DNA of 40,959 nucleotides from positions 1 to 40,959 of IMG/VR virus record IMGVR_UViG_3300006193_000016; one strand, 5' to 3'. Of the stretch, positions 28,271 to 38,180 are shown piece after piece (position 1 is the first letter of the stretch; each line of letters begins with the position of its first letter). The position numbers and the translations under genes were made by a program. The stretch comes from a virus. Taxonomy: Duplodnaviria > Caudoviricetes. Below the pieces are notes generated by a model, which saw nothing but the letters and a program-made list of their open reading frames with translations, ran no database searches and had not been told where the DNA came from.

Positions 28271-30748
28271 ATGAAAGAAACTACAGTACTATTTCCAGGC
28301 GGGTTTAAACCAATTACCGGTGCCCATTTAGCATTAGCTCAACGCTATGCAGAATCACCCAATGTAGAACGAGTAATTATGCTCATCGGTCCAAAAGAAC
28401 GAGATAGTGTAAGTCGTGAAGATAGTGATGAAATATTCCGATTAATCAACACCAATCCTAAAATCGAACTTCGGCCAACCGATTTTAATAGTCCAATAAT
28501 GGCCGCATATGAATTCTTATTTGCATTACCGCAAGATGAACAAGGAACATATGCGATGGCTGCATCTCGTAAAGGAGATGATTATGCCCGAACTATGAGT
28601 TTTGGGCCAAATGTAGAAAAATATAAAACTGTCGGAGATAAGAAAGGCCGAAAAATACCACCCGGAGTTGATATTAATCCAATGGAGGTTGATGTTGAAC
28701 CATTAACATATGCAGATGGCCAACCAATATCTGCTAGCACAATTCGACAAGCGATTGTAAACAATGACTATGAAACATTCGCAGCATCATATCCTGGAAC
28801 AAAAGAAGCCATATTAAAAAATATATGGCAAATGTTAAACGGAGTACAAGAAGCAACTTTTAGTAAAGAATGGTGGGGCAATGCATTAGCAGAAGATATA
28901 GAAGAAGTTATTGAAGGATATCAAACTCCAGACTTAGCAAATGCACATACTGCTAAAATGAAAAAATTAAGAAAATATCTAGATGCATCACAAGGTAAAG
29001 AATTTGCATATGATTTTAAGAAATTTAAAAAAACTGTGTTCGGCGTTAAATTAACCGAATCGGTATTACAAGAAAATTATATTACCAGATCAGAGTTATC
29101 ACAAATTGAAGCAGCAGCAGATTCATTCTTTTCACAATATGGTATCGATATAGATATGCAAGGTCAATTTACACATTTCTTTGAACGATTAAATGACCCT
29201 AGAAATGACTCACCTATTAGTATGGATCAGTTGGAAGATATGTTTAGAAAATTAGCTCAAGAACATGGATCTAGAATACAAAGACAAATTGAACTAGAAA
29301 GACCGACAGCAGTAGCATCTGATTTAGAATCTGATATACATATGCCATTTATGTTAAAATGGGACGTTAAAAATAAAACTATAGATTTAATTCCTAGAAC
29401 AATAAAAAAACAACGCAGAGATTGGCGAGTAAATAATCCTAATGATATACATTATAAATTATATGCAGAAGGAATGTTAACAGAAGGAGGAGCAGCCGGC
29501 CACATGAATCACCCATATGACTCTCACGGCTTAACTTTCAATGACATGAAAGAAATAGTCTCTAGAGCATTAGAAGGCCGTCTAGACATGGAACAAGCTG
29601 TTACTGAAAAGACAGACGGTCAAAACATTCAAGTAACATGGAAAAATGGACAACCTGGATTTGCTCGAGGAATGAAAACTAGAAAAGAACCACTTACACC
29701 TGCAGAAATTGTTGCAGAATTTGAAGCAAAATATCAAAAAGCAGTTGAATCAAATGGCGTTAAGGGAGCCGAAGGATATAAATTAGTAGTAAATGCATTC
29801 CGAGCGACTGCTGAAGATTTGACTGCATCATTAAATAAATTATCTGCAGAAACATTGCAACGAGTATTTAAAAATGGTCGTGTATTTGCTAACATGGAAA
29901 TTATATATCCTGCTACAACCAATGTTATTGCTTATGAACAAGCCGTTCTTCAATTTCACAATTTAGTAGAATATGACGAAAACGGCAAAGTAATAGAAAC
30001 TGATGTTACCGGTGGTACTATGCTTCAGAAAATTATACAAGATGCAAATGCACATATGCAAAATACATTTTCATTTATTCCACCCAATAAACTAAAATTA
30101 GGACGCATTGAAGATTTCGAAGATAAACAGTCTGCATTCTTTGCTGAAATAGATAGTTTAAAAAATCAATTCGGATTAAAAGAAACTGATGTTGTTTCCG
30201 AATATCATAAAGCATGGTGGAAAGATGTAATAAGTAAAAAAGCATCACAAATGGATTATGCAATCCCTGAAGATGTATTAGATTTGTTAACATACCGATG
30301 GGCTTTAAATGATAAATCTACTAATATTACTAAAATTAAAAAACTAATAGATAACGAACAATTTTCAGAATGGGTTGCTGCATTCGATAAAAAGGATTTC
30401 AGAGTATTTCAAAAACAAAACATAGAACCATTCGAATCTATATTTTTACGACTTGGCGCGGTAGTTTTGAAAAACATTAAAAATTATTTAGCAGTTTCAC
30501 CCGATACCGCAGTAAAAAAAATTAAACAAGATTTATTAGCATTAATAAAAGAATTACAAACATCAGACAATCCTGCCACGCTTAAAAAATTAGAAACTGA
30601 ACTTAAAAAAATAGAACGCATCGGTGGATTTGATAGTATAGTACCTATAGAAGGTATAGTATTTACTTATGGTGGCAATACTTATAAGTTAACTGGATCA
30701 TTTGCACCAGTAAATCAAATATTAGGAGTGTTAAAATACGCAAGGTAA
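28271..30748 (+). CDS. Multidomain protein: HIGH-family nucleotidyltransferase, possible BECR-like RNase, and RNA-ligase-like nucleotidyltransferase
   Basis: FPGGFKPITGAH and ISASTIR; THFFERLNDPRN; TEKTDGQN...MEII...FHNL...EGIVF...YKL. Confidence 0.7.
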   Translation: MKETTVLFPGGFKPITGAHLALAQRYAESPNVERVIMLIGPKERDSVSREDSDEIFRLINTNPKIELRPTDFNSPIMAAYEFLFALPQDEQGTYAMAASRKGDDYARTMSFGPNVEKYKTVGDKKGRKIPPGVDINPMEVDVEPLTYADGQPISASTIRQAIVNNDYETFAASYPGTKEAILKNIWQMLNGVQEATFSKEWWGNALAEDIEEVIEGYQTPDLANAHTAKMKKLRKYLDASQGKEFAYDFKKFKKTVFGVKLTESVLQENYITRSELSQIEAAADSFFSQYGIDIDMQGQFTHFFERLNDPRNDSPISMDQLEDMFRKLAQEHGSRIQRQIELERPTAVASDLESDIHMPFMLKWDVKNKTIDLIPRTIKKQRRDWRVNNPNDIHYKLYAEGMLTEGGAAGHMNHPYDSHGLTFNDMKEIVSRALEGRLDMEQAVTEKTDGQNIQVTWKNGQPGFARGMKTRKEPLTPAEIVAEFEAKYQKAVESNGVKGAEGYKLVVNAFRATAEDLTASLNKLSAETLQRVFKNGRVFANMEIIYPATTNVIAYEQAVLQFHNLVEYDENGKVIETDVTGGTMLQKIIQDANAHMQNTFSFIPPNKLKLGRIEDFEDKQSAFFAEIDSLKNQFGLKETDVVSEYHKAWWKDVISKKASQMDYAIPEDVLDLLTYRWALNDKSTNITKIKKLIDNEQFSEWVAAFDKKDFRVFQKQNIEPFESIFLRLGAVVLKNIKNYLAVSPDTAVKKIKQDLLALIKELQTSDNPATLKKLETELKKIERIGGFDSIVPIEGIVFTYGGNTYKLTGSFAPVNQILGVLKYAR

Positions 30749-30764
30749 TATTTATATATAAATA
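30748..30764 (+). promoter_or_regulatory. Class B promoter within a 16-bp palindrome
   Basis: TATTTATATATAAATA (30749-30764) is its own reverse complement. Confidence 0.6.
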
Positions 30765-30777
30765 AAACGGATACACA

Positions 30778-31587
30778 ATGGCAGAATCAAAACATAAGAG
30801 TAAGTGGAAAGCACCAAAAGACGATAAAAAGTCACAAAAACCTGATGCACGAAAAGATATCAAAGATTACGTTGGAAAAGATGACGTGCATGGTATGGTA
30901 CCCGATCTAGTAAAAGGAGTACAACCATTGGTAGCAAGAAATATCAACGGTGAAGTGATTGACGATGTAGAAAACATGGTTCCTAAAATTAAAGATCGTA
31001 TATATAAAGATGTAGAAGAAGGTAAATATTCTCCTGCAGATGCTCTTAAATTATTTAAAAAACTACAAATTGAAGATAGTGAAGGATATTTAAAAGCCAT
31101 GGAAGATGGTGTATATGAAATATCAGAATCTATTAGTAAATTATCAGAATCACAAAAAGAAAAACTTGTAAGAAAATATATTCGAAATAAAATTGTTAAA
31201 GTATTACAAGAACAAGAAACCCCACCTGCAGAAGAACCATTACCTGCAACTGAGCTACCAACAGAAGCCCCTCCTGCAGAGCCAGTAGCCCCAATAGAAC
31301 CAGCACCTGAGGCTGACGTAGATATTGATAGTGATGATGCTAAAACTGAAAAATTAAAAAACATAAAACAATCACCAGAATTATTTAGAGATTATCTAGA
31401 AATACACAAAGACAAAATGAATATTACTAAATTAGTAAAAGTTGGGTTAGATCCATTATTAGATTCATTGCAGTCATTAGACACAAAAGAACAACAATTG
31501 GCAATGCGAATGATGATTCAATCAATACAGCATTCAAAAAAAGATTATGCCAAAGCTGATTTAGACGACGATAAACAAACAACATAA
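30778..31587 (+). CDS. Hypothetical protein with a Pro/Glu/Ala linker, possible internal head protein
   Basis: KIVKVLQE followed by ETPPAEEPLPATELPTEAPPAEP. Confidence 0.75.
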   Translation: MAESKHKSKWKAPKDDKKSQKPDARKDIKDYVGKDDVHGMVPDLVKGVQPLVARNINGEVIDDVENMVPKIKDRIYKDVEEGKYSPADALKLFKKLQIEDSEGYLKAMEDGVYEISESISKLSESQKEKLVRKYIRNKIVKVLQEQETPPAEEPLPATELPTEAPPAEPVAPIEPAPEADVDIDSDDAKTEKLKNIKQSPELFRDYLEIHKDKMNITKLVKVGLDPLLDSLQSLDTKEQQLAMRMMIQSIQHSKKDYAKADLDDDKQTT

Positions 31588-31590
31588 CAT

Positions 31591-32259
31591 ATGGGAAAAA
31601 ACAAGTTACAAAACATTAAAGCCGTTCAACAAATGATTGACGGCAAACACAAGTTCCAAACCAAAAAAACAATTGGATTTACTGACGCCGATGCAACCAA
31701 GAAACGTAATGAAACTCACGATATTGGAGACGTCTGGGAAGATGTCGATGCCATTGGCAACATACACATCGTAGAACAATTTGATGGGTTTAGAACACGC
31801 AAACCAAAAAATTCAGAAGTACTAAGTAATGTTCGAGAAGAATTAAAATCATTTGCCAATTGTCCAAATGAAATATGTACGTGTGATCCGACATATCATC
31901 TAAATAAAAAGATGCGAGCAATCCACGGAATGTGTTTTGATTGTGTTATTGACATGGAACATGAATTAAAAAAACAAGGCAAATTTGAAGACTATGCTCA
32001 CGAAAAGGTACGAGCAAATGCATTAGCATGGTTGAAAAAAGCAGAGCAAGACGTCGATATGTTACGAGAAGTATATACCACAACATCTAAATTAGTTATT
32101 AATGGCGATGGTGAAACTGATTCTTATGCCGCACAAATGACGCCGGAAGAATTTGATAAAAAAGTTACAACAGAATTTGAAAAATATAAAACAGATTTTT
32201 TAAATAAATTAAATAAACAGACAAATGGAGAAAACGATGAAACTTTGGAACATGATTAA
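31591..32259 (+). CDS. Hypothetical Cys-containing protein
   Basis: CPNEICTC...HGMCFDC putative metal site. Confidence 0.8.
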   Translation: MGKNKLQNIKAVQQMIDGKHKFQTKKTIGFTDADATKKRNETHDIGDVWEDVDAIGNIHIVEQFDGFRTRKPKNSEVLSNVREELKSFANCPNEICTCDPTYHLNKKMRAIHGMCFDCVIDMEHELKKQGKFEDYAHEKVRANALAWLKKAEQDVDMLREVYTTTSKLVINGDGETDSYAAQMTPEEFDKKVTTEFEKYKTDFLNKLNKQTNGENDETLEHD

Positions 32260-32575
32260 ACCGTATTGGAAATGGCTAGTAGGAGGCATACTTGGATTGG
32301 TTGCTATAATATCAGCAATCGGTAGTTTATTCACAAAACACACCAATAAAAAAATTCAAGAAAAAATTGATGGAAATGATAGAAAGCTTAATCGAGCAAA
32401 AGGTCAAGAAGATCAAATCAAACGACAAACTCGCCAAGTTAAATCAGAATTAAATGATCTTAAAGAGATAGTTAAAAAAACAAAAACAACAAAGCGAAAG
32501 CCAGCACCAAAAAAAGCAAAAAAGACAAGCACCGCAAAGAAAAATATTGTCTCCAAGACGAAAAGAACAAAATGA
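32237..32575 (+). CDS. Membrane-anchored coiled-coil protein with a Lys-rich tail
   Basis: TM helix WLVGGILGLVAIISAIGSLF; GGAG 6 nt before ATG32237. Confidence 0.75.
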   Translation: MKLWNMIKPYWKWLVGGILGLVAIISAIGSLFTKHTNKKIQEKIDGNDRKLNRAKGQEDQIKRQTRQVKSELNDLKEIVKKTKTTKRKPAPKKAKKTSTAKKNIVSKTKRTK

Positions 32576-32952
32576 AAACGTTAATTTTTATATTATGTTT
32601 TCCAATACTTGGATTCGCCCAAACGTTAAATGATACATGTTTTACCAAACAACAAATACATAATATATCAGAAACATTGGATGAATTATATTATAGAGAC
32701 TCTGTTAATAATGCTTTAATAATACAACAAGAATCAGTTATTATAAAACAAGATGAGGTCATTCGGTTAGATTCATTACACCTAGTATTCAAACAACAAC
32801 AAGTAGAATTATTAGAATCTAACATAGAGTTATATGTTAAACAACAAAAGAAGCTACAACCTAAATGGTATAATCATAAAGTATTGTGGTTTGGTAGTGG
32901 AATCTTGACAACAATATTAACCGGTAAATTTATAGTAGAAGTAATTCAATAA
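32572..32952 (+). CDS. Exported coiled-coil protein with a signal peptide and C-terminal TM helix
   Basis: MKTLIFILCFPILGFA|Q signal; C-terminal VLWFGSGILTTILTGKFIV. Confidence 0.75.
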   Translation: MKTLIFILCFPILGFAQTLNDTCFTKQQIHNISETLDELYYRDSVNNALIIQQESVIIKQDEVIRLDSLHLVFKQQQVELLESNIELYVKQQKKLQPKWYNHKVLWFGSGILTTILTGKFIVEVIQ

Positions 32953-34532
32953 TGTCAAATCCGAGTATAAAAGAAATCATTCAACAACAGTACCAAATGT
33001 GTGCTGCTGATCCAGTTTTCTTTATGCGTCAATATTGTTATATTCAACATCCTAAACAAGGAAAGATTAAATTTAATCTATATGATTTTCAAGAGCAATC
33101 ATTAACACAACTCAGAGACAATAGATACAGTGTTATTCTAAAATCTAGACAGTTAGGTATCTCAACACTATCAGCCGGCTTTGCTTTGTGGAGTATGTTG
33201 TTTCAAGAAGACTTTAACGTACTTGTTATTGCGACTACACAGGAAGTAGCAAAAAATCTTGTAACCAAAGTACGGGTAATGCATGATAATCTTCCTAGTT
33301 GGTTAAAGGGGACAATTGAAGCTGATAACAAATTATCTTTAAAATTTAAAAATGGTTCGCAAATTAAAGCTGTATCGTCTGCCACAACGGGAGCTCGATC
33401 AGAAGCATTATCATTATTAATAATAGATGAAGCCGCGTTTATACGAAACATTGAAGAAATATGGATAGCATCTCAAGCAACCCTATCAACTGGTGGTGGT
33501 GCTATAGTTTTATCAACTCCAAATGGAATTGGTAATTGGTTTCATAAAACTTGGGTAGATTCAGAAACCAATCCGCAAACTCAATGGTACAATATAAAGT
33601 TACATTGGACGGTACACCCAGACCGTACTCCAGTATGGCGTAACGAGCAAACCCAATTGTTGGGAGAACGAGGTGCCGCCCAAGAATGTGATTGTGATTT
33701 TGTTAGTTCAGGACATACAGTAGTCGACGGTAAAATACTTACGGAATACGAAGAAAAATGTATAGATCCTATAGAAAAACGAGGATTTGATAATGGGTAT
33801 TGGATATGGGATTACCCAGACTACTCAAAAAATTATATGGTAATAGCTGATGTTGCCCGAGGCGATAGTGCTGACTGGTCCGCATTCCACGTTATCGAAG
33901 TAGAAACAATTACGCAGGTAGCTGAGTATAAAGGTAAAATTCCACCTAAAGATTTTGGAAATATGTTAGTTACAGTTGCCACGGAATGGAACAATGCATT
34001 ACTAGCAATTGAAAATGCAAATATAGGCTGGGCTGCAATTCAACCGGCATTAGACAGAAACTATGAAAATTTGTTTTACACATATAAAGACGATGGTTAT
34101 GTAGATGTTGATATCCAATTACAAAAAGGATATGACATGAAAGATAAATCTAAAATGGTTCCTGGCGTGTCGACAACTACTAGAACTAGACCATTAATGA
34201 TCTCGGCACTAGAAATGTATATGCGTGAAAATACGCCTATTATACGCAGTAAACGACTCATACAAGAACTATATGTCTTTATCTGGTTAAATGGTAAAGC
34301 ACAATCACAAAATGGTTATAACGACGATTTAGTAATGGCATTCTGTATCGGATTATGGCTACGAGATACATCGTTAAAATTAAGACAACAAGGAATTGAT
34401 TTAAATAAACGAGCATTATCGCAATTTCAAAAAACTGACAATGTTATATATACCGGAAACAACCGACCTAGAGATAGCGGGTGGGATTGGCATAATGGCC
34501 AAAATGATGAAGGTTTAACCTGGCTATTGTAA
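32952..34532 (+). CDS. terL: Terminase large subunit (T4 gp17-like)
   Basis: KSRQLGIST, LLIIDEAAF, STPNG, ADVARG, DDLVMA. Confidence 0.96.
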   Translation: MSNPSIKEIIQQQYQMCAADPVFFMRQYCYIQHPKQGKIKFNLYDFQEQSLTQLRDNRYSVILKSRQLGISTLSAGFALWSMLFQEDFNVLVIATTQEVAKNLVTKVRVMHDNLPSWLKGTIEADNKLSLKFKNGSQIKAVSSATTGARSEALSLLIIDEAAFIRNIEEIWIASQATLSTGGGAIVLSTPNGIGNWFHKTWVDSETNPQTQWYNIKLHWTVHPDRTPVWRNEQTQLLGERGAAQECDCDFVSSGHTVVDGKILTEYEEKCIDPIEKRGFDNGYWIWDYPDYSKNYMVIADVARGDSADWSAFHVIEVETITQVAEYKGKIPPKDFGNMLVTVATEWNNALLAIENANIGWAAIQPALDRNYENLFYTYKDDGYVDVDIQLQKGYDMKDKSKMVPGVSTTTRTRPLMISALEMYMRENTPIIRSKRLIQELYVFIWLNGKAQSQNGYNDDLVMAFCIGLWLRDTSLKLRQQGIDLNKRALSQFQKTDNVIYTGNNRPRDSGWDWHNGQNDEGLTWLL

Positions 34533-34539
34533 AATTTGC

Positions 34540-34571
34540 TTGGATCTTTAACATGTTATATTTATAATAAA
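34540..34571 (+). promoter_or_regulatory. Overlapping class A (TTGGAT-17-TATAAT) and class B promoters
   Basis: -35 at 34540-45, -10 at 34563-68, ATATTTAT at 34558-65. Confidence 0.6.
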
Positions 34572-34582
34572 AGAAATACTAT

Positions 34583-36418
34583 ATGGCTTCTTTAAGAAAA
34601 CGTCTGCAAAATCTATTTAGCACCAATGTAATTGTTCGTGTTATTGGTAAAGACAGACTAAAAATAATTGATACTAATAAATTACAATCAGTTGGAAATT
34701 TATCTCATACTAAATTAACAGACAGATATACTCGATTACATGGGTCGAATAAACATAAAATCGGTGGTATGACCGGTGGGTATGACTCTAACTATTATAT
34801 GCATCAAAATCGTATACAATTGTATACTGATTATGAAATGATGGATCGAGACCCAATTATACATTCGGCATTAGATATATATTCAGATGAATCTACATTG
34901 GAAGATCAGTTCGGTGATATATTAACTATTAAAACTAATAACACCAAGATACAAAAAATACTTTATAATTTATATTACGACATATTAAACATTGACTTTA
35001 ATATGTGGGCATGGATTCGTAACATAACAAAGTATGGTGATTTCTTTTTAAAGCTCGATATTGCCGACGAAATTGGAATAATCAATGCTCGACCACTATC
35101 AAGTTATGAAATTGAACGTTATGAAGAATATGACGAAGCTACTGGGGAGTATGATATTAAATTTAAACATATTGCTGGCTATGATGAGCACTATGAGGTA
35201 TTTGAAATTGCACATTTTCGATTATTATCCGACTCAAACTTTTTACCATATGGTCGTTCAATGCTTGAAGGTGCACGGCAAGAATTTCAAAAGTTAACAA
35301 TGCTTGAGGACGCTATGCTTATTCACAGAATAATGCGAGCTCCAGAAAAACGAATTTTTAAGATTGATATTGGTAATATACCACCAAATGAAGTCGACAC
35401 GTTTATGGAACAAATCATTAACAAAATGAAAAAAATTCCACACGTTGATCAGCAAACTGGTAATTACAATCTCAAGTTTAATCTTAATAATATGCTTGAA
35501 GATTACTTCTTACCAGTGCGTGGCGGTAACTCAACAACAGAGATAGACACACTGCCTGGTATGACCTGGACTGGTACTGATGATATTGAATATGTTAAAA
35601 ATAAAATGATGGCAGCACTTAAGATACCAAAGCCATTTTTAGGATTTGGAGAAGGTGTAGAAGGTAAAACTACATTGGCTTCAATGGATATCCGATTTGC
35701 TAGAACAATTGAAAGAATTCAAAAAATAGTAGTTAGTGAATTATATAAAATTGGAATTATTCATTTAGCAACACAAGGCTATGAAGGCGAAGATTTAGTT
35801 GGTTTTGACCTAGCATTGACGTCACCATCTATAATTTACGATCAGCAAAAGGTAGCATTATTGAATGAAAAAATCAATTTGGCTAACACAATGAAAGACA
35901 GTAAATTAGTCTCTGATAAATACATATACGAGTTTATATTTAATATGTCCGAAGAACAATGGCTTCAAGAGCGAGTCAATGTGATTGAAGATCTTAAATT
36001 AAGATTCCGTCAAAATCAAATTGAACAAGAAGGCAATGACCCTACGATAACTGGTGCGTCATATGGTACTCCACACGACTTAGCATCGATGCATATGAGC
36101 TCCGATGAAGTTGAAGAAAAAGACCCAGGCGGCCGTCCTAAGGAAGGAATAAAGTTCGGCCAACATGCAAATGCATTTGGATGGGATCCAACCGGCAAGA
36201 AAACAATAGACCAGGAATTTAACCCAGAAAATTTAAAAACAGCATTCCAACCTGATCCTACTAAACGTAGACAGATGACAATGACAACTGAATCACAATC
36301 TGTTTTAAACCATTTTAAAAAACTAAACAAATCTAAAAAAATTATAACGGAAACATTAAAATCAGCATCATCTGATACTGATTCAGGAACAATGTTAGAT
36401 GAAAACAATATTTTATAG
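34583..36418 (+). CDS. Portal protein (T4 gp20-like)
   Basis: LEDAMLIHRIMRAPEKRIFKIDIGNIP, EDYFLPVRG, EIDTLPG, ALKIP. Confidence 0.95.
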   Translation: MASLRKRLQNLFSTNVIVRVIGKDRLKIIDTNKLQSVGNLSHTKLTDRYTRLHGSNKHKIGGMTGGYDSNYYMHQNRIQLYTDYEMMDRDPIIHSALDIYSDESTLEDQFGDILTIKTNNTKIQKILYNLYYDILNIDFNMWAWIRNITKYGDFFLKLDIADEIGIINARPLSSYEIERYEEYDEATGEYDIKFKHIAGYDEHYEVFEIAHFRLLSDSNFLPYGRSMLEGARQEFQKLTMLEDAMLIHRIMRAPEKRIFKIDIGNIPPNEVDTFMEQIINKMKKIPHVDQQTGNYNLKFNLNNMLEDYFLPVRGGNSTTEIDTLPGMTWTGTDDIEYVKNKMMAALKIPKPFLGFGEGVEGKTTLASMDIRFARTIERIQKIVVSELYKIGIIHLATQGYEGEDLVGFDLALTSPSIIYDQQKVALLNEKINLANTMKDSKLVSDKYIYEFIFNMSEEQWLQERVNVIEDLKLRFRQNQIEQEGNDPTITGASYGTPHDLASMHMSSDEVEEKDPGGRPKEGIKFGQHANAFGWDPTGKKTIDQEFNPENLKTAFQPDPTKRRQMTMTTESQSVLNHFKKLNKSKKIITETLKSASSDTDSGTMLDENNIL

Positions 36419-36426
36419 ATTCGTCC

Positions 36427-36460
36427 ATATTTATTAATAAAAAAACTACTGGCGCCAGTA
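36427..36460 (+). promoter_or_regulatory. Class B promoter plus a 14-bp palindrome touching the ATG
   Basis: ATATTTATTAATAAA; TACTGGCGCCAGTA at 36447-36460. Confidence 0.55.
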
Positions 36461-37311
36461 TGAAAAAATTAAAACATTCTAAATATAAAAACACCGGCAT
36501 AATTTTCGAGATGCTTATAAGAAAATTAACATCGGAAACAATGTCGTCTGACAAAACCGTGACCATTGATATAATTAAAAAATATTTTGGCAAGAATACA
36601 GAGTTAGCCAAAGAACTTCAATTATATAACACGATAATCAAAGAACAATATAAATCAGAAGCCCGGGCATTAGATTATATTAGAACTGTTAGAGAATCAT
36701 ATCAACATCTAAATCAAAGTGTATTAAAACGACAACGGTATAATCTTATTAAAGAGATCTCCGAAAATTTTGTTTTTGAACATGTATCAAAAATACATAT
36801 TAATAATTACAAAGCGTTGGCATCGATATACATGTTATTTGAATATAAAGATTCAGATAATCCTAAACGATTAATGGAATGTAAAAATGTAGTATTAGAA
36901 CATACTCTAGCAATTGAGAAAAACGTTCCCGTACAAGATACCGTTATTGAAACGTTTTCTAAACAAGAAAAAGATATTAGATTATTAACATATAAAATAA
37001 TGATTGATAAATTTAATAATAAGTATTCAGTCTTATCTGAATCACAAAAACAATTGTTAAATAAATATATTACCAATGTTAATGATACTGAAGCATTGCG
37101 AGAATATGTTAGTGATGTTATCCCAACGTTGAAATCCCGGTTAGCTGAACAATCTAAACACATAACAGATAAAGTAACAAAAATTAAAGTACAACGACTT
37201 TCAGAAATGCTTTGTAATGTTGAAACCATGAAACGATTAAATGAATCTCACATTGTATCTTTAATGCGGTACATGGATTTAGTAGACGAATTAAATAGGG
37301 TACATAAATGA
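36460..37311 (+). CDS. Helical head-module hypothetical protein
   Basis: 283-aa ORF between the portal and protease genes. Confidence 0.85.
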   Translation: MKKLKHSKYKNTGIIFEMLIRKLTSETMSSDKTVTIDIIKKYFGKNTELAKELQLYNTIIKEQYKSEARALDYIRTVRESYQHLNQSVLKRQRYNLIKEISENFVFEHVSKIHINNYKALASIYMLFEYKDSDNPKRLMECKNVVLEHTLAIEKNVPVQDTVIETFSKQEKDIRLLTYKIMIDKFNNKYSVLSESQKQLLNKYITNVNDTEALREYVSDVIPTLKSRLAEQSKHITDKVTKIKVQRLSEMLCNVETMKRLNESHIVSLMRYMDLVDELNRVHK

Positions 37312-38177
37312 AATCATTCTTAAAACAAATAGACGAAAATTTTAAACGCCTAGACGAAAAAGATTGGGATGGTGATGGCAATCAAGAATCTGATACTGAC
37401 GAATATATGGGGGTAAAAGATAAAGCCATTAAAAATTCATTGAAAATGGAGGACAGTGATTTCGAATTTAAAACTTGTGATAATTGTTCAGGTAAATTAA
37501 CACCACACGTTAAAGAAGACTGTCAACGATGTGCAAAACATGAATCAGCAAAACCTGATTATTTAGATTTCGATAAAGATGGAGATACCGATGAACCAAT
37601 GAAAGATGCATTAGCAGAAGATGGTGAAATTGTTGAACATACAATTACATTTACTGACGCCGATATGAAATCGTTCCACAAAACGGGTAAAGTAATAAAA
37701 AAAGATCCAGACGGCAAAGAGCATACATATGTATACAAGAATAAAGATATAGACGAAATGTCAACATCTGCAGGAGCTGGGTCATATAACACCCCAAAAG
37801 CTTTTGCCCCAACAACAAACAATAAAAATGCTACTGCCAGTACTGGAATGAATATAGCACCGAAAACATCACTTCATACCGAATATGATCTTGTACAAGA
37901 AGCTATGGATAGTAAATATGAACACCTTATTGAAGGGTATCGTACATTTGCTTTAGGAAAGTCGAATTCAACTCCTAATCAAACTGTTAATTCATCTATT
38001 CGAGAAGTAGCTAAAAAATTAAAAGAAATTGAAGAGACTATTAGATATACAGGACGATTAAAAACCGAATCAGGTATATCACATTCTGGATTTACGGAAG
38101 GAACTAGATCGGCTTTAAATAAAATATCACATAGATTAATAAAAATATCAGAGCGCGTTAGAGCATTAGGAGAGTAG
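37308..38177 (+). CDS. Modular head-associated protein (two DxDxDG loops, CxxC-CxxC)
   Basis: DWDGDGNQESD, DFDKDGDTDE, CDNC...CQRC. Confidence 0.75.
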   Translation: MKSFLKQIDENFKRLDEKDWDGDGNQESDTDEYMGVKDKAIKNSLKMEDSDFEFKTCDNCSGKLTPHVKEDCQRCAKHESAKPDYLDFDKDGDTDEPMKDALAEDGEIVEHTITFTDADMKSFHKTGKVIKKDPDGKEHTYVYKNKDIDEMSTSAGAGSYNTPKAFAPTTNNKNATASTGMNIAPKTSLHTEYDLVQEAMDSKYEHLIEGYRTFALGKSNSTPNQTVNSSIREVAKKLKEIEETIRYTGRLKTESGISHSGFTEGTRSALNKISHRLIKISERVRALGE

Positions 38178-38180
38178 GAT

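Noticed and set aside
32474-32544. 71-nt stretch with no T
   Set aside because: Explained by the codons of a Lys/Thr/Ala/Pro-rich tail.
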